Shown here piece after piece: positions 33,801 through 44,462 of a DNA stretch of 64,000 bases (the first letter of the stretch is position 1; the number at the start of each line of letters is the position of its first letter). The notes below the pieces were generated by a model. It searched no databases and was not told the DNA's origin. It saw only the letters and a list, made by a program, of their open reading frames with translations. Made by a program: the position numbers and the translations under genes. The stretch covers positions 2,324,578-2,388,577 of the forward strand of contig CP136572.1 of the NCBI GenBank assembly GCA_035193785.1, read 5' to 3'. This DNA comes from Planktothrix sp. GU0601_MAG3. Lineage in GTDB: Bacteria; Cyanobacteriota; Cyanobacteriia; Cyanobacteriales; Microcoleaceae.

Positions 33801-36508
33801 CTTAATTACCGTTGGCGTGCGATTCGTTTAACCTAAAATAAGCTGAAAGGCTTATGGGACGGTTAACCCAGTTAATAAAACTGGTGATAACTGATTACAT
33901 TTATGGGTGAAATTCCGTGAATTAAGTCCCATCCCTCAAGTGCTGAGGTGAAAGCATAACCCCTAGTTTGCTTGGGTAGCAACCAACAGACTAAAGCGGG
34001 GTTAAAAGGTAGAACTACTGGTAGCCAAATCCGGTAACTACCGAGCAAGAAGTCCATGCGTAGCGTAAGCAAAGATGTGTCCGAACCATCGTAATTATTA
34101 ATGGTGTAATGGCTAAATCAAGGTTAAAAACTTGATTAACACCAAGCCAAAAGGCAAGGATAGGGCATAAGCGGTTGTCAACCCGACTTATAAGCACCGC
34201 CCAATAAACCCGGTGGATAAGCATCACGCTAAAGACTTCAAACAAATGTGTAATCGGAACGAAGTAACCCCTATATATCTCTGGAAAAGGTCGATAACCA
34301 GTAAGTAGCTAACGAACGATATATAGGGAAAGGATGGTATCAAAAGCGAATGCCCTTGGTAATGTAAGGGATATGCTGACAGATACTCGGTAATTCCAAA
34401 GAAATAGAACAAGTAGCAATGAATATATCTAAAACGCAGAACAATCTGACGGTGGAGTGGAAAGACCTTAACTGGCGCAAGTTAGAAAAGGTAACTTTTA
34501 AGTTGCAAAAGCGCATATTTCAAGCGAGTGAAACGAGGCGATGTTAAAGCAGTTCGCAAACTTCAAAAGACCCTGATTAGGTCTTGGTCGGCAAAATGTA
34601 TTGCGGTACGTCGGGTAACACAAGACAATCAAGGAAAAAATACCGCAGGTGTGGACGGAATTAAATCTCTGACCCCAAAGCAACGTATGAGCCTTGTGGG
34701 ACAATTAAAGTTAACAGGCAAGGTAAAACCAACTCGTAGAGTTAACATTCCCAAACCTGGTTCAACAGAAACCCGTCCATTAGGAATACCCACAATAAAC
34801 GACCGCGCATTGCAAGCGTTAGTCAAACTAGCGTTAGAACCAGAATGGGAGGCTAAATTCGAGCCAAACAGTTATGGTTTCAGGCCAGGACGTTCCTGTC
34901 ACGATGCAATCAGAGCAATATTTGACAGTATTAAGCAAAAAGCCAAATATGTGCTAGATGCTGATATCTCAAAATGCTTTGACCGCATAAACCACAAAGC
35001 CTTAATCTCCAAGATACAAACATACCCCACATTAAGCCGACAAATTAAATCATGGCTTAAAGCAGGGTATATAGACGGAAAAGAACTTTTTCCTACCCAT
35101 GATGGTACACCACAAGGCGGGGTGATTTCACCTTTACTTGCGAATATTGCCTTACATGGTATGGAAGAAAGAGTCAAGCAATATGCAGAAACTCTAAAAG
35201 GAAAGAAACGGGATAACCGTAATGCCCTTAGTTTAATCCGATACGCTGATGACTTCGTAATAATTCACGAAGATTTAAACGTTGTCAAAAAATGTCAAGA
35301 GATAATCGCTGATTGGTTAAGTGACATGGGATTGGAATTAAAACCAAGTAAAACAAAATTAACCCACACCCTCAATGAAATTGACGGGAACATTGGGTTT
35401 GAGTTCTTAGGGTTCCACATTCAACAGCACAAAGTAGGAAACTACAAATGTGCAAATAATTCAAATGGAATACCACTAGGTTTTACAACACTAATCACAC
35501 CCTCCAAAGCCAAAATAAAAACTCATCTTGTCAAAATAGCTGAAATAATAGAAACGCATAAGAATGCGCCTCAAGCTTCTTTAATTAGCAAGCTGAATCC
35601 AATTATTAAAGGCTGGTCAAATTACTATTCAACAATGGTTAGTAAAAAAACCTTTTCAAAGGTTGACCATCTAATTTACGACAAGTTAAGAGCTTGGGCA
35701 AGAACGAGGGGAAAAGGGAACATCAATAAAGACAAATACTGGAGAACAGTAGGAGACAGAAATTGGTGTTTCAGTACAGAAGATGGATTAGAATTATTCA
35801 CCCACGCCAGTACGCCTATCGTAAGGCATACCAAAGTTAAAGGTGAAGCTAGTCCGTTCGATGGTAACTGGATTTACTGGAGTAAACGTCGAGGCGAATA
35901 TCCTGAGACTCCTAGCAGAGTTTCCAAATCAATCAAAAAACAAAAGGGTATTTGTCCTCACTGTGGTCTGTATTTCACAAGTACAGGCATTGTAGAAGTT
36001 GACCATATTAAACCAACATCGTTAGGTGGAAAAGACACTTACGATAATCTTCAACTTCTACACAAACATTGTCACGACACAAAGACGGCTCACGATGGTT
36101 CCTCAACTAAAAGTAAACAATTACCAATAGTTGAGAACTATGAGAATAATCCGTTTTGAATCGTATCCATAACAAGGATGGAATTATCAAGGAGCCGTGT
36201 GAGGTGAAAGTCTCACGCACGGTTCTGAAGGAGAGGTAGGAGTGGTAACGCTTCTATCGACTCTAACAATAAGGACGGTCAACCCCGAATTACCTTTACG
36301 GTTTCCTTTGATTAATCATGCCCGTTGTGTCCTATTCATGGTCACCGGGTCGAATAAACAAGAACCGTTAGACCGGGTGTTCGCCACCGAGGGGGATGCC
36401 ACCACCTATCCCAGCCGCCTAATTCAACCCATGGGGGAACTCTGGTGGTTATTGGATCGGGAAGCAGGGGCTAAACTCGCCGAAAATTTGCCAAAATTAA
36501 GCATCTAA
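30844..36508 (+). CDS. pgl: 6-phosphogluconolactonase in three exons: 30844-31065, 33535-33816, 36268-36508 (apparent extra T at 36301-36305)
   Basis: Spliced product reads IALAGGSTPKPLY...FWGDERYVE|PEHPDSNQKMA...LLGMGDDAHTASLFP...LITVG|NKDGQPRITFTVPLINHAR...YPSRLIQP; about 247 aa. Confidence 0.93.
31066..33534 (+). mobile_element. Group II intron 1 (chloroplast-like class, IIB-type) in pgl
   Basis: 5' end GTGCGATTCG; domain V GAGCCGTGTGAGGCGAAAGTTTCATGCACGGTT(T)C; 3' end CGACTCTAAC; phase-0 insertion. Confidence 0.95.
31691..33386 (+). CDS. ltrA: Intron-encoded RT/maturase/HNH protein 1 (apparent frameshift at GAAAC 31799-31803; several degenerate motifs)
   Basis: INWRKAERLTFKLQKRIFRASE|RGDVKAVRKLQK, TAGVDG, GTPQGGVISPLLANI, RYADD, CPHC...VDHI. 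Confidence 0.92.
33817..36267 (+). mobile_element. Group II intron 2 (sister of intron 1) in pgl
   Basis: 5' end GTGCGATTCG; domain V GAGCCGTGTGAGGTGAAAGTCTCACGCACGGTTC; 3' end CGACTCTAAC; phase-0 insertion. Confidence 0.95.
34419..36159 (+). CDS. ltrA: Intron-encoded RT/maturase/HNH protein 2 (apparent frameshift at GAAAC 34530-34534)
   Basis: LNWRKLEKVTFKLQKRIFQASE|RGDVK, RPLGIPT, GFRPGRS, LDADISKCFD, RYADD, NLQLLHKHCH. Confidence 0.93.
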
Positions 36509-36545
36509 AGCCCTAATTTTACTTAAGTTTGCTTATCCAAATCCT

Positions 36546-37268
36546 ATGATTGTTTGTCCGAATTGTAGTCATCAAAATCCAGAAGGCGCGACGCAATGTG
36601 AAGCCTGTTATACGCCTTTGCCATCCACCACCAGTTGTCCCCATTGTGGGGCAACAATACAAACGGATGCGTCCTTCTGTGGTCAGTGTGGGTCGAATTT
36701 ACAACCCGCGACGGTCGGTAATCAGGAGGAAATGCAGGCGGTAATTCCGACGGTGGTTTCGCCTCCGAATCTACCCACACCGGAAGTGGCGGTGAGTTCG
36801 GGGTTGAATTTGGAGAAATCGCCCCCTCCCGTAGCGATGGAAACGACTCCTCCGGTGATTCCGGTGGTCATTCCTGAACCCCCTCCCATCCCGATGAATC
36901 TGGGTTCCAACAGTTCGGCGACTCAGTTACAGCAACAGACGGCTAAGTTAATTCATGTCCAAACCAGTACGGATTTGGAATTACCTCAAAATGTGTCGGT
37001 GATTCATTTGGGAAAACCGAATGATTTAGTCCCCCCCGATGTGGATGTTTCAGGATTTCCTAATTCGGAAATTGTGTCTCGTAGCCATGCCGATATTCGC
37101 ATTGAGGGAGATGCGTATTATATTGAAGATGTGGGCAGTTCCAATGGGACTTATATTAATAATACGGCTCTGCCCAAGGGGAATCGTCATCGGTTAAAAC
37201 CAGGCGATCGGATTTCTTTAGGAAAAGGGGATTTGGTTTCGTTTGTTTTTCAACTTTCCAAGGGTTAG
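36546..37268 (+). CDS. fraH: Double zinc ribbon, Pro-rich linker and FHA domain (FraH-like)
   Basis: CPNC...CEAC...CPHC...CGQC; VSRSHA, EDVGSSNGTYIN; directly downstream of pgl. Confidence 0.7.
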   Translation: MIVCPNCSHQNPEGATQCEACYTPLPSTTSCPHCGATIQTDASFCGQCGSNLQPATVGNQEEMQAVIPTVVSPPNLPTPEVAVSSGLNLEKSPPPVAMETTPPVIPVVIPEPPPIPMNLGSNSSATQLQQQTAKLIHVQTSTDLELPQNVSVIHLGKPNDLVPPDVDVSGFPNSEIVSRSHADIRIEGDAYYIEDVGSSNGTYINNTALPKGNRHRLKPGDRISLGKGDLVSFVFQLSKG

Positions 37269-37493
37269 GAGGGGCTGAGAAAAAAGCGAGTTTTCCTGTT
37301 ATTTCAATCGGGTGAACCATGGGATTAGATCATTAACAGCTTATTTAAGGGCACTAGGAAATTTAACCCCTATTAAACCCCAAAATGCAGGAAGTTTTTG
37401 ATTCTATTCCCTATTCCCTAAAGACCGAGAATTCCAAATTTACGATTGAAAATAGGTTCATGGCATAGCTGTTGATTGTTAGATTGTGCCAAT

Positions 37494-37947
37494 GTGATTA
37501 GACTAACGTTATTACATCCTCTCCAATCAATTCCTGTCCGCAGTTGGGTATTTGACAAGGACAATGTGATTCGGATTGGGCGATCGCTTAAGAATGATGT
37601 TATTCTCTATAGTGCGGTCGTTTCCCGTTATCATGTCGAGATTTGTCATGTCAATCAACATTGGCTGGTCGTGAATCTAGGAACTAATGGAAACCTATGT
37701 CAATGGACAGGCAATTAAACAAGTCCCCTTAGTGGATGGACAGGTGATTCACTTAGCAATATCTGGCCCTAGGATTCTATTAAATATTTTACCCGATCCG
37801 ACAGAATCGGTTTCAACCCCAGGAATAGACTCCCATCAAGAGGGAGTTATGTCTACTCCTGAACTTTTGTTTACCCATCAAAACGAGGAAAAAACGGAGG
37901 TTAATCTTCGCAAACAACTTGAATTTCCTACCAATCATCTTGTTTAA
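37494..37947 (+). CDS. FHA domain protein (apparent frameshift at GAAAC 37690-37694)
   Basis: IRIGRSLKNDVILYSAVVSRYH...NLGTNG|TYVNGQAI. Confidence 0.85.
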
Positions 37948-38536
37948 CCGGATACCATAATAACCTGGTTAGTGCCGTCCCGGTAATCACCGCAACAATT
38001 GTCCAAACTAGGAGTAAACCTAAAACGTCTCCGAGAAAGAAACTTGTCCCCTGACGTAGAATTCCTCCAAACATCCAACCGATGGGTAATGCTATCCCCC
38101 AAGAGATGACGGTGACTACTATCCATCGCCAGGCTTGGAATACTTCGGTGCGTAAGACCCACCATTGTCCTAGGCTTAAACATAGTCCTAATTTCACTCC
38201 TTCGATCAGCCCGTAGACAATTCTAGGGGTGAGGTTTAAGGTGCGCGGAGCCGCCCAACCCAAGAGTCCCACTGGAGTTAAGGCGATAATACTGAATATG
38301 AAAACATGAACAAAAATCCATCGCCAACTTTGGGAAATATAGTTTTTTAAAATAAACCATTGAGCCAGACTAATAATTAATCCGCCAATGGCTCCTTCTA
38401 AGGCTCCTAAATCCGGTTTTTCTCCAATTTCTATCCAAATTAAACTAACTAAAAATCCTATCAAGGTTACAAACATCCACTGTAGGATAAATCCTAGATC
38501 TGTTTGTAAATCTAAATTATCATATACCCATTTCAT
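37928..38536 (-). CDS. Hypothetical polytopic membrane protein
   Basis: Several TM segments with repeated QW..L...WRWI. Confidence 0.75.
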   Translation of the reverse strand: MKWVYDNLDLQTDLGFILQWMFVTLIGFLVSLIWIEIGEKPDLGALEGAIGGLIISLAQWFILKNYISQSWRWIFVHVFIFSIIALTPVGLLGWAAPRTLNLTPRIVYGLIEGVKLGLCLSLGQWWVLRTEVFQAWRWIVVTVISWGIALPIGWMFGGILRQGTSFFLGDVLGLLLVWTIVAVITGTALTRLLWYPVKQDDW

Positions 38537-38540
38537 ATAG

Positions 38541-38620
38541 TAGGGAATTAGGAATTACGAATTACGAATTACGAATTACGAATGGGGAATAGGGAGTAGG
38601 GGGAGCGGGGAACACCGGAT
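38541..38620. repeat. STRR heptamer array (ATTACGA)n plus a G-rich tail
   Basis: Read directly. Confidence 0.75.
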
Positions 38621-38666
38621 AAAAAGACAGAGACAAGTTTAGATTTGCTGTATCAGTCTATGTTAA

Positions 38667-39782
38667 TTATCGGATTTCTGCGACTGCTATGGGTTGAAAG
38701 CGATCGCTTCTAAAATGATTTAATAACGGATCATATTGTTGATATAAAACCCAATCAGAAATTAATTTAGCCGTAACCGGAGCTAATAGAATCCCATTTC
38801 GATAATGACCCGTTGCTAATGTTAAGTTTTGCCAAGAACTCTGACCTAATATGGGGAATAAATCAGGGGTTTCCGGTCTAAATCCCCACCAAAATTCTTC
38901 AATTTCAAACTCTTTTAAAATCGGATATAATCGAATAGCTCCTGATAGTAAGTTTTCAATTCCATGCGGTGTTAAACCGGAAGTAAAACCCACCTGTTCG
39001 GATGTGGCTCCAATCACAATTAAACCATCTCTACGCGGCACAATATAAACATCTGAACCGAATAAAACCTGTTTCAAAGGTAAGGGTTTAATAGTATTTG
39101 GAACCCGCACCGATAACATTTGTCCCTTTCTCGGATATACCGGAATTGAGAACAATTGTCCCGACCAAGCACCCGCCGTTAAAATATAATTATCCGCCCT
39201 AAAATTACCTTGATTTGTCTGAATTTCTGTGATAATTTGATTAGGAGAAATAACTAATTTTTCTACCGTCACCCCCGCAACTATTTTAACCCCTAATTCC
39301 TGAGCCGCCCTTTGCAATATCTTGATTAACCCCCGACGGTTATCGACTTGACCATCCTGGGGAAACCACCAACCCCCGACTACATCATCCCCTAAGCCGG
39401 GTTGTTGCTGTAAAATGGCTTCGGGCTCTAACCAATGGCTGGGGGTGTCTGGAGTTGTTTCTAAACTGGTACAGTGGGGACGTTCATAAACCGGAGCCAA
39501 GATCCCACAGGGCCAATATCCCGTATCTAACCCCGTGATTTCCTCCAGTTTGCGCGTCCAGTCATTATAGAGGGCGCGACTGCGTAAACACAATTCTAGC
39601 ATGGGGCTAGGGGGAATTTGTTCGGCCTGGGGTGCTAACATCCCCGCCCCGACTAAACCCGCCGCTTCCTGGATATCCCGACTCAAAACCGTTACCGTTG
39701 CTCCCCGCAATCTTAACTCAACGGCGAGGGATAAGCCAATCAAACCACCACCGATTAGAATAATTTCACTATGTTGTTTCAT
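38667..39782 (-). CDS. thiO: Glycine oxidase
   Basis: Motifs IGGGLIG, AGMLAPQAE, DGQVDNR, PRKGQML, GFRPETPD, ATGHYRNGILLAP. Confidence 0.9.
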   Translation of the reverse strand: MKQHSEIILIGGGLIGLSLAVELRLRGATVTVLSRDIQEAAGLVGAGMLAPQAEQIPPSPMLELCLRSRALYNDWTRKLEEITGLDTGYWPCGILAPVYERPHCTSLETTPDTPSHWLEPEAILQQQPGLGDDVVGGWWFPQDGQVDNRRGLIKILQRAAQELGVKIVAGVTVEKLVISPNQIITEIQTNQGNFRADNYILTAGAWSGQLFSIPVYPRKGQMLSVRVPNTIKPLPLKQVLFGSDVYIVPRRDGLIVIGATSEQVGFTSGLTPHGIENLLSGAIRLYPILKEFEIEEFWWGFRPETPDLFPILGQSSWQNLTLATGHYRNGILLAPVTAKLISDWVLYQQYDPLLNHFRSDRFQPIAVAEIR

Positions 39783-39861
39783 AAAATTTAAAAGTTCATC
39801 TTAGGAATTGAATCTATTTTCTATTTTAAACTTTTAAGGTTGATTTTTCCATAGGTTAACA

Positions 39862-40233
39862 ATGATTAAACGATTTTTTACAACTACAGTCTCCGCCCTG
39901 TGTTATTCCTTAATTGATTATCGGTTTAAAGATTCTCCTATTCCCCAGTATTTCCCTAATAATTCCGTGGTAAATTTTGTCATCGAACAACAAAATAAAA
40001 TGCCCGATTATCTGCAATTTCCCCTATTTATATTAACATTAATTTTTGATATTTGGGGACTGCTGTGTACAGGTTCATTCTTTCATTCTCAGTCGCCCTC
40101 TGTGCGTCAACAGCAAATTCAAGCCTGGAAAAATTCCCCCTTGCAAATTTGTCGAGATTTGATCAAATTTTATGAAAGTTTAGTAGTATTATATTGGCAA
40201 TCTGATTATATAAAATTATTGAACTATATCTAA
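39862..40233 (+). CDS. Hypothetical protein, possibly the small partner of the GMC oxidoreductase
   Basis: 123-aa ORF ending 8 nt before the GMC gene; contains RQQQIQAWKNSPLQICRDLIKFYESL. Confidence 0.65.
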   Translation: MIKRFFTTTVSALCYSLIDYRFKDSPIPQYFPNNSVVNFVIEQQNKMPDYLQFPLFILTLIFDIWGLLCTGSFFHSQSPSVRQQQIQAWKNSPLQICRDLIKFYESLVVLYWQSDYIKLLNYI

Positions 40234-40241
40234 TAATTATT

Positions 40242-41708
40242 ATGGCTGAATCTAACCTAATTTCCCCTTGTGAATCTCCCCTAAAAGTTGAAATTGCCGT
40301 GATTGGTTCTGGCCCTGGGGGAGCGATTACCGCCTGTTTATTAGCTGAAGCCGGACGAGATGTTTTATTAATAGAAGAAGGAGCCTATTTATCCATAGAA
40401 TCCTGTCAACCTTTTTCCGTTGAAGAAATGATCCAAAAATATCGCAATGGCGGATTAACTGCCGCTTTTGGACAGCCAAAAATTCAATATGTAGAGGGTA
40501 AATGTGTGGGGGGAGGAAGTGAAATCAATAGCGGATTATATCATCGGACACCCTCTGATATTTTAGCACAATGGAGTCAAGAATTTGAAGTAGAATCTTT
40601 AACAGAAGCCGATTTAATCCCCCATTTTGAAGCCTGCGAACAGGCGGTTAATGTCTGTTATTTACCGGGAAAAGCTCCCACAGCTTCCTTAAAATTACAC
40701 GCAGGCGCAACCCGTTTAAATTGGCAATCTTTAGAAGTTCCTCGCTGGTTTCGTTATCAAGAATCATCAGATAAGATCCTAAAAGGAACGCGACAGTCAA
40801 TGACCGAAACCTTTATTCCCAGAGCTTTAAAAGCTGGGTGCAAACTATTAGCAAATACTTGGATAAAAAAGATTCACCAAAGCGATAAAAATTGGGTTTT
40901 AACGGGTTATTATCAAACTAATAATTATGATAAACAACCAATCACAATTCAAGCGGAAACCGTATTTGTTTGTTGTGGTGCAATTCAAACTCCAGCGTTA
41001 TTAAGAAGAAGTGGAATTAAACATAATATTGGTAATGCTTTAAGAATGCACCCAACAGTTAAAATAATTGCTCAATTTGATCAAGATATTAACACATTAG
41101 ATATGGGAGTTCCCGTCCATCAAGTTAAAGAATTTTCTCCTAAATTTAGTTTTGGTTGTTCAATTAGTTCTCCTCCCTATTTATCGGTGGGAATGACTGA
41201 CCATCCTGAATATACAGAAGAAGTGCAAAAAAATTGGCACAAAATGGCAATTTATTATGCTATGATTACGGGGGAAGGTTATGGTTCGATCAGAAATATT
41301 CCCTTTTATCGTGATCCCTTAGTTCGTTATAAATTAACATCTCAAGACTTAAAAAATTTATCAGAAGCATTACAAAAATTAGCCCTATTATTATTTGAAG
41401 CGGATGCTAAAATTCTCTATCCTAGTATTTCCAATAGTTTCCCCTTGACCCATCCCCAAGATTTAGTTAAAATCCCGGAACAACTTCCTATAAAACAAAC
41501 TAATTTAATGACAGTTCACGTTTTTTCCTCTTGTCCAATGGGAGAAAATTTACAAAAATGTGCGGTTAATTCCTTTGGTAAAGTTCATGGATTCAACAAT
41601 TTATATATTGCTGATGCCAGTTTACTTTGTACCGCTCCTGGAGTCAATCCCCAAGGTTCAATTATGGCGATCGCGCGTCGAAATGCGTTAAAATTCCTAA
41701 ATCCCTAA
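40242..41708 (+). CDS. GMC-family FAD oxidoreductase
   Basis: Motifs VIGSGPGG, GKCVGGGSEINSG, CGAIQTPALLRRSG, HVFSSCPMG, NLYIADASL, GVNPQGSIMAIA. Confidence 0.88.
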   Translation: MAESNLISPCESPLKVEIAVIGSGPGGAITACLLAEAGRDVLLIEEGAYLSIESCQPFSVEEMIQKYRNGGLTAAFGQPKIQYVEGKCVGGGSEINSGLYHRTPSDILAQWSQEFEVESLTEADLIPHFEACEQAVNVCYLPGKAPTASLKLHAGATRLNWQSLEVPRWFRYQESSDKILKGTRQSMTETFIPRALKAGCKLLANTWIKKIHQSDKNWVLTGYYQTNNYDKQPITIQAETVFVCCGAIQTPALLRRSGIKHNIGNALRMHPTVKIIAQFDQDINTLDMGVPVHQVKEFSPKFSFGCSISSPPYLSVGMTDHPEYTEEVQKNWHKMAIYYAMITGEGYGSIRNIPFYRDPLVRYKLTSQDLKNLSEALQKLALLLFEADAKILYPSISNSFPLTHPQDLVKIPEQLPIKQTNLMTVHVFSSCPMGENLQKCAVNSFGKVHGFNNLYIADASLLCTAPGVNPQGSIMAIARRNALKFLNP

Positions 41709-41787
41709 GTTGTTGCGCCGTTGTTGCGCTTAAGCGCATCTTATCAACATAAGATAGTGCTAAAGCACAACAACAAGAAATAAGATT

Positions 41788-42855
41788 ATGATAGAATTTA
41801 ACACAAATTTAGTTTTAATAACTGGTGCATTAGGTTGGTTAGGAATTAATTTAGTCGAATCTTTAGTTAAAGGATTGGCTGATTTTGAACCCTTGAGTCA
41901 ACCTCAAAAAGATTTAAAAATTCGTTGTTTAATTTTACCAAATCAAGACCCAACTATTTTACAAAAAATATCCAATCAAATAGAAGTTTATCAAGGAGAT
42001 CTGAGAAATCCCCAAGATTGCGATCGCTTTTGTGAAAATGCCGAAAATGCTATTTTATTCCATACCGCCGGAATTATTCATCCTCAAAAAATATCAGAAT
42101 TTTATCAAATTAACGTAGAAGCAACAAAAAATCTCTTAAATTCGGCGGTTTCTGCTAAGATAAAACGAGCGATTATTGTATCCTCAAATTCTCCCTGTGG
42201 TTGTAATCCCCATCCCGATCATTTATTTGATGAAACCTCCCCCTATCATCCCTATATGAACTATGGACGTTCAAAAATGTTAATGGAATTAGCCATAAAT
42301 AACTATCAACAACAGGGAAAAATTGAAACCGTTATTATCCGTCCTCCTTGGTTTTATGGCCCCCATCAACCCCAACGTCAAACCCTATTTTTTAAAATGA
42401 TTAGAGATGGAAAGGGGCCAATTGTTGGAGATGGGAATAATTTAAGATCCATGGCTTATGTGGATAATATTTGTCAAGGATTAATATTAGCAGCTATTAC
42501 CGAAAAAGCCAACGGAAAAATATATTGGATAGCCGATGAACAACCCTACTCAATGAATGATATTATTAATACCATAGAACATTTATTGGAAACAGAATTT
42601 CAGCAATCCTGCATCCATAAACGCTTAAAATTACCCGGGTTAGCCAGTGAAATTGCCTTAGTTGTCGATGGAACATTACAAACCCTAGGATTTTATCATC
42701 AAAAAATTCATGTTCTTTCAGAAATGAATAAAACCATTGCTGTTTCTGTTGCGAAATCTCAACGGGAATTAGGTTATAATCCAACAATTGCTTTAGAAGC
42801 AGGAATGAGAAAAAGCCTCAAATGGATATTTGAGAATTATGGAGGACTAGATTAA
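41788..42855 (+). CDS. NAD-dependent epimerase/dehydratase (extended SDR)
   Basis: Motifs ITGALGWLG, HTAGIIHP, YGRSK, IRPPWFYGP. Confidence 0.88.
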   Translation: MIEFNTNLVLITGALGWLGINLVESLVKGLADFEPLSQPQKDLKIRCLILPNQDPTILQKISNQIEVYQGDLRNPQDCDRFCENAENAILFHTAGIIHPQKISEFYQINVEATKNLLNSAVSAKIKRAIIVSSNSPCGCNPHPDHLFDETSPYHPYMNYGRSKMLMELAINNYQQQGKIETVIIRPPWFYGPHQPQRQTLFFKMIRDGKGPIVGDGNNLRSMAYVDNICQGLILAAITEKANGKIYWIADEQPYSMNDIINTIEHLLETEFQQSCIHKRLKLPGLASEIALVVDGTLQTLGFYHQKIHVLSEMNKTIAVSVAKSQRELGYNPTIALEAGMRKSLKWIFENYGGLD

Positions 42856-42857
42856 TT

Positions 42858-43431
42858 ATGGTTAGCCATATTGTTGTGACAGAAGGATTGGTTTTTAGGG
42901 AAGACTTTGCCAAAAATTATTTTTTATCTAATTATTTTGAAGAAGTTTTAAAACTTGTTTTAAAGCAGGTTTCTGAAAACGAAAAAGTGTATATTTCTCC
43001 AGGTAATTCCTTTGAATGTCCTGAATCAGAAGAACAGTATGCTGCAAAATATCTCCTAAAACATCGCCCCGAACTCCAGATTTTTGTCCCTGAAAATGTT
43101 AAAGACCGCCCCTATTTGGATACTTTTGATAATGCTAGACTATTAAAAAAATGGTTAGAACAACAGGAACAATGGCCCTTGGGAGAAGTGATTTTATATT
43201 GTAATAAACCCCATGCAATTCGGAGTCAGTTAATGTTTAAACTCTGTGGATATAAGGTTTCAACAGGTGATAACTTCTTATCCTGAACTGGCAAATCGAA
43301 CCATGCCGCTACGTCTTGTATTTTATCATTATTTACCGGCTCATTTACTTTACGAATCGGGAGCTTTGATTTATAATTTAATTAGATTCTGTCAATCAAA
43401 AATACCCTTAAAAATCAATAATAAAACATGA
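42858..43431 (+). CDS. YdcF/DUF218-like protein (apparent frameshift at GTTTC 43257-43261)
   Basis: DTFDNAR...ILYCNKPHAIRS...GYKV|QQVITSYP...LYESGALIY. Confidence 0.6.
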
Positions 43432-44453
43432 AACATTTAATCACCGGAGGATCGGGATTTTTAGGCAATTTAATTGCACGGAGATTATATCAACGGGGGG
43501 AAGATGTCACAATTTTAGATATTTGGGAAGATCCTACCCGTCCCCCGGAGATTGAATTTATTAATTGTGATATTTGCGATCGCAACGGGGTAGAAAAAGC
43601 CATGAAAGATATTGATATTGTCCATCATAACGTGGCTTTAGTTCCCCTAACAAAATCCGGTAATAAATTCTGGGAAGTCAACGTAGAAGGCAGTAAAATC
43701 GCCGCCGCCGCCGCCGTAAAAGCCGGAGTTAAAAGTTTTATTCACATGAGCTCTAGCGCCCTATTTGGGGAGGCTGAATGCCCAATTACTAATAATACCC
43801 CCACTAAAGCAGTGGAAATTTATGGACGGGCAAAATTAGCCGGGGAATTAGCTGTTAGAGACATCTGTGATCAAGCTGGTTTACCCCTAATTGTAATTCG
43901 TCCCCGAACTATTTTAGGTGAAGGTAGATTAGGGATTTTCCAGATATTATTTGAATGGATTCAAGAAGGAAAAAACGTTTATGTAATTGGTAGTGGTGAC
44001 GTTAAATTTCAATTTGTCCATGCCCATGATTTGATGGATGCCTATCTTTTAGCTTTGGATTTAGGTCAACCCGGAATCTATAATGTAGGAAGCGATCGCT
44101 TTGGCACATTACGAGAAGGATTAGAACATTTAATTGAATATGCAGCAACAGATTCTCAAGTCAAAAGTTTACCCACAGGATTAACCATTGGCACTTTACA
44201 AATCTTAGATTGGATGGGATTAAGTCCCCTAGCTCCTTGGCATTATTTAACCTATCATAAAGAATTTTATTTTGATGTCGATCCTCTGCTAAAATTAGGC
44301 TGGAAACCCAAATATTCTAATGATGAAATGTTCCGTGAAAGTTATGATTGGTTTAAACAGAACTATAATCAACTACAGGCGGAAAAAGCCGGATCTGCCC
44401 ATCGTCGCCCGGTGAAAGAAAAATTACTTTGGGTATTAAAACAACTGTCTTAA
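43428..44453 (+). CDS. NAD-dependent epimerase/dehydratase (extended SDR)
   Basis: Motifs ITGGSGFLG, HMSSSA, YGRAK, IRPRTILG, IYNVG. Confidence 0.88.
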   Translation: MKHLITGGSGFLGNLIARRLYQRGEDVTILDIWEDPTRPPEIEFINCDICDRNGVEKAMKDIDIVHHNVALVPLTKSGNKFWEVNVEGSKIAAAAAVKAGVKSFIHMSSSALFGEAECPITNNTPTKAVEIYGRAKLAGELAVRDICDQAGLPLIVIRPRTILGEGRLGIFQILFEWIQEGKNVYVIGSGDVKFQFVHAHDLMDAYLLALDLGQPGIYNVGSDRFGTLREGLEHLIEYAATDSQVKSLPTGLTIGTLQILDWMGLSPLAPWHYLTYHKEFYFDVDPLLKLGWKPKYSNDEMFRESYDWFKQNYNQLQAEKAGSAHRRPVKEKLLWVLKQLS

Positions 44454-44462
44454 TTATATACT

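Noticed and set aside
31066..36267. Twintron, retron, DGR or CRISPR-associated RT
   Set aside because: The two introns are sequential, separated by a real pgl exon, with canonical ends and domain V. I see no template/variable repeat pair or Cas1 fusion.
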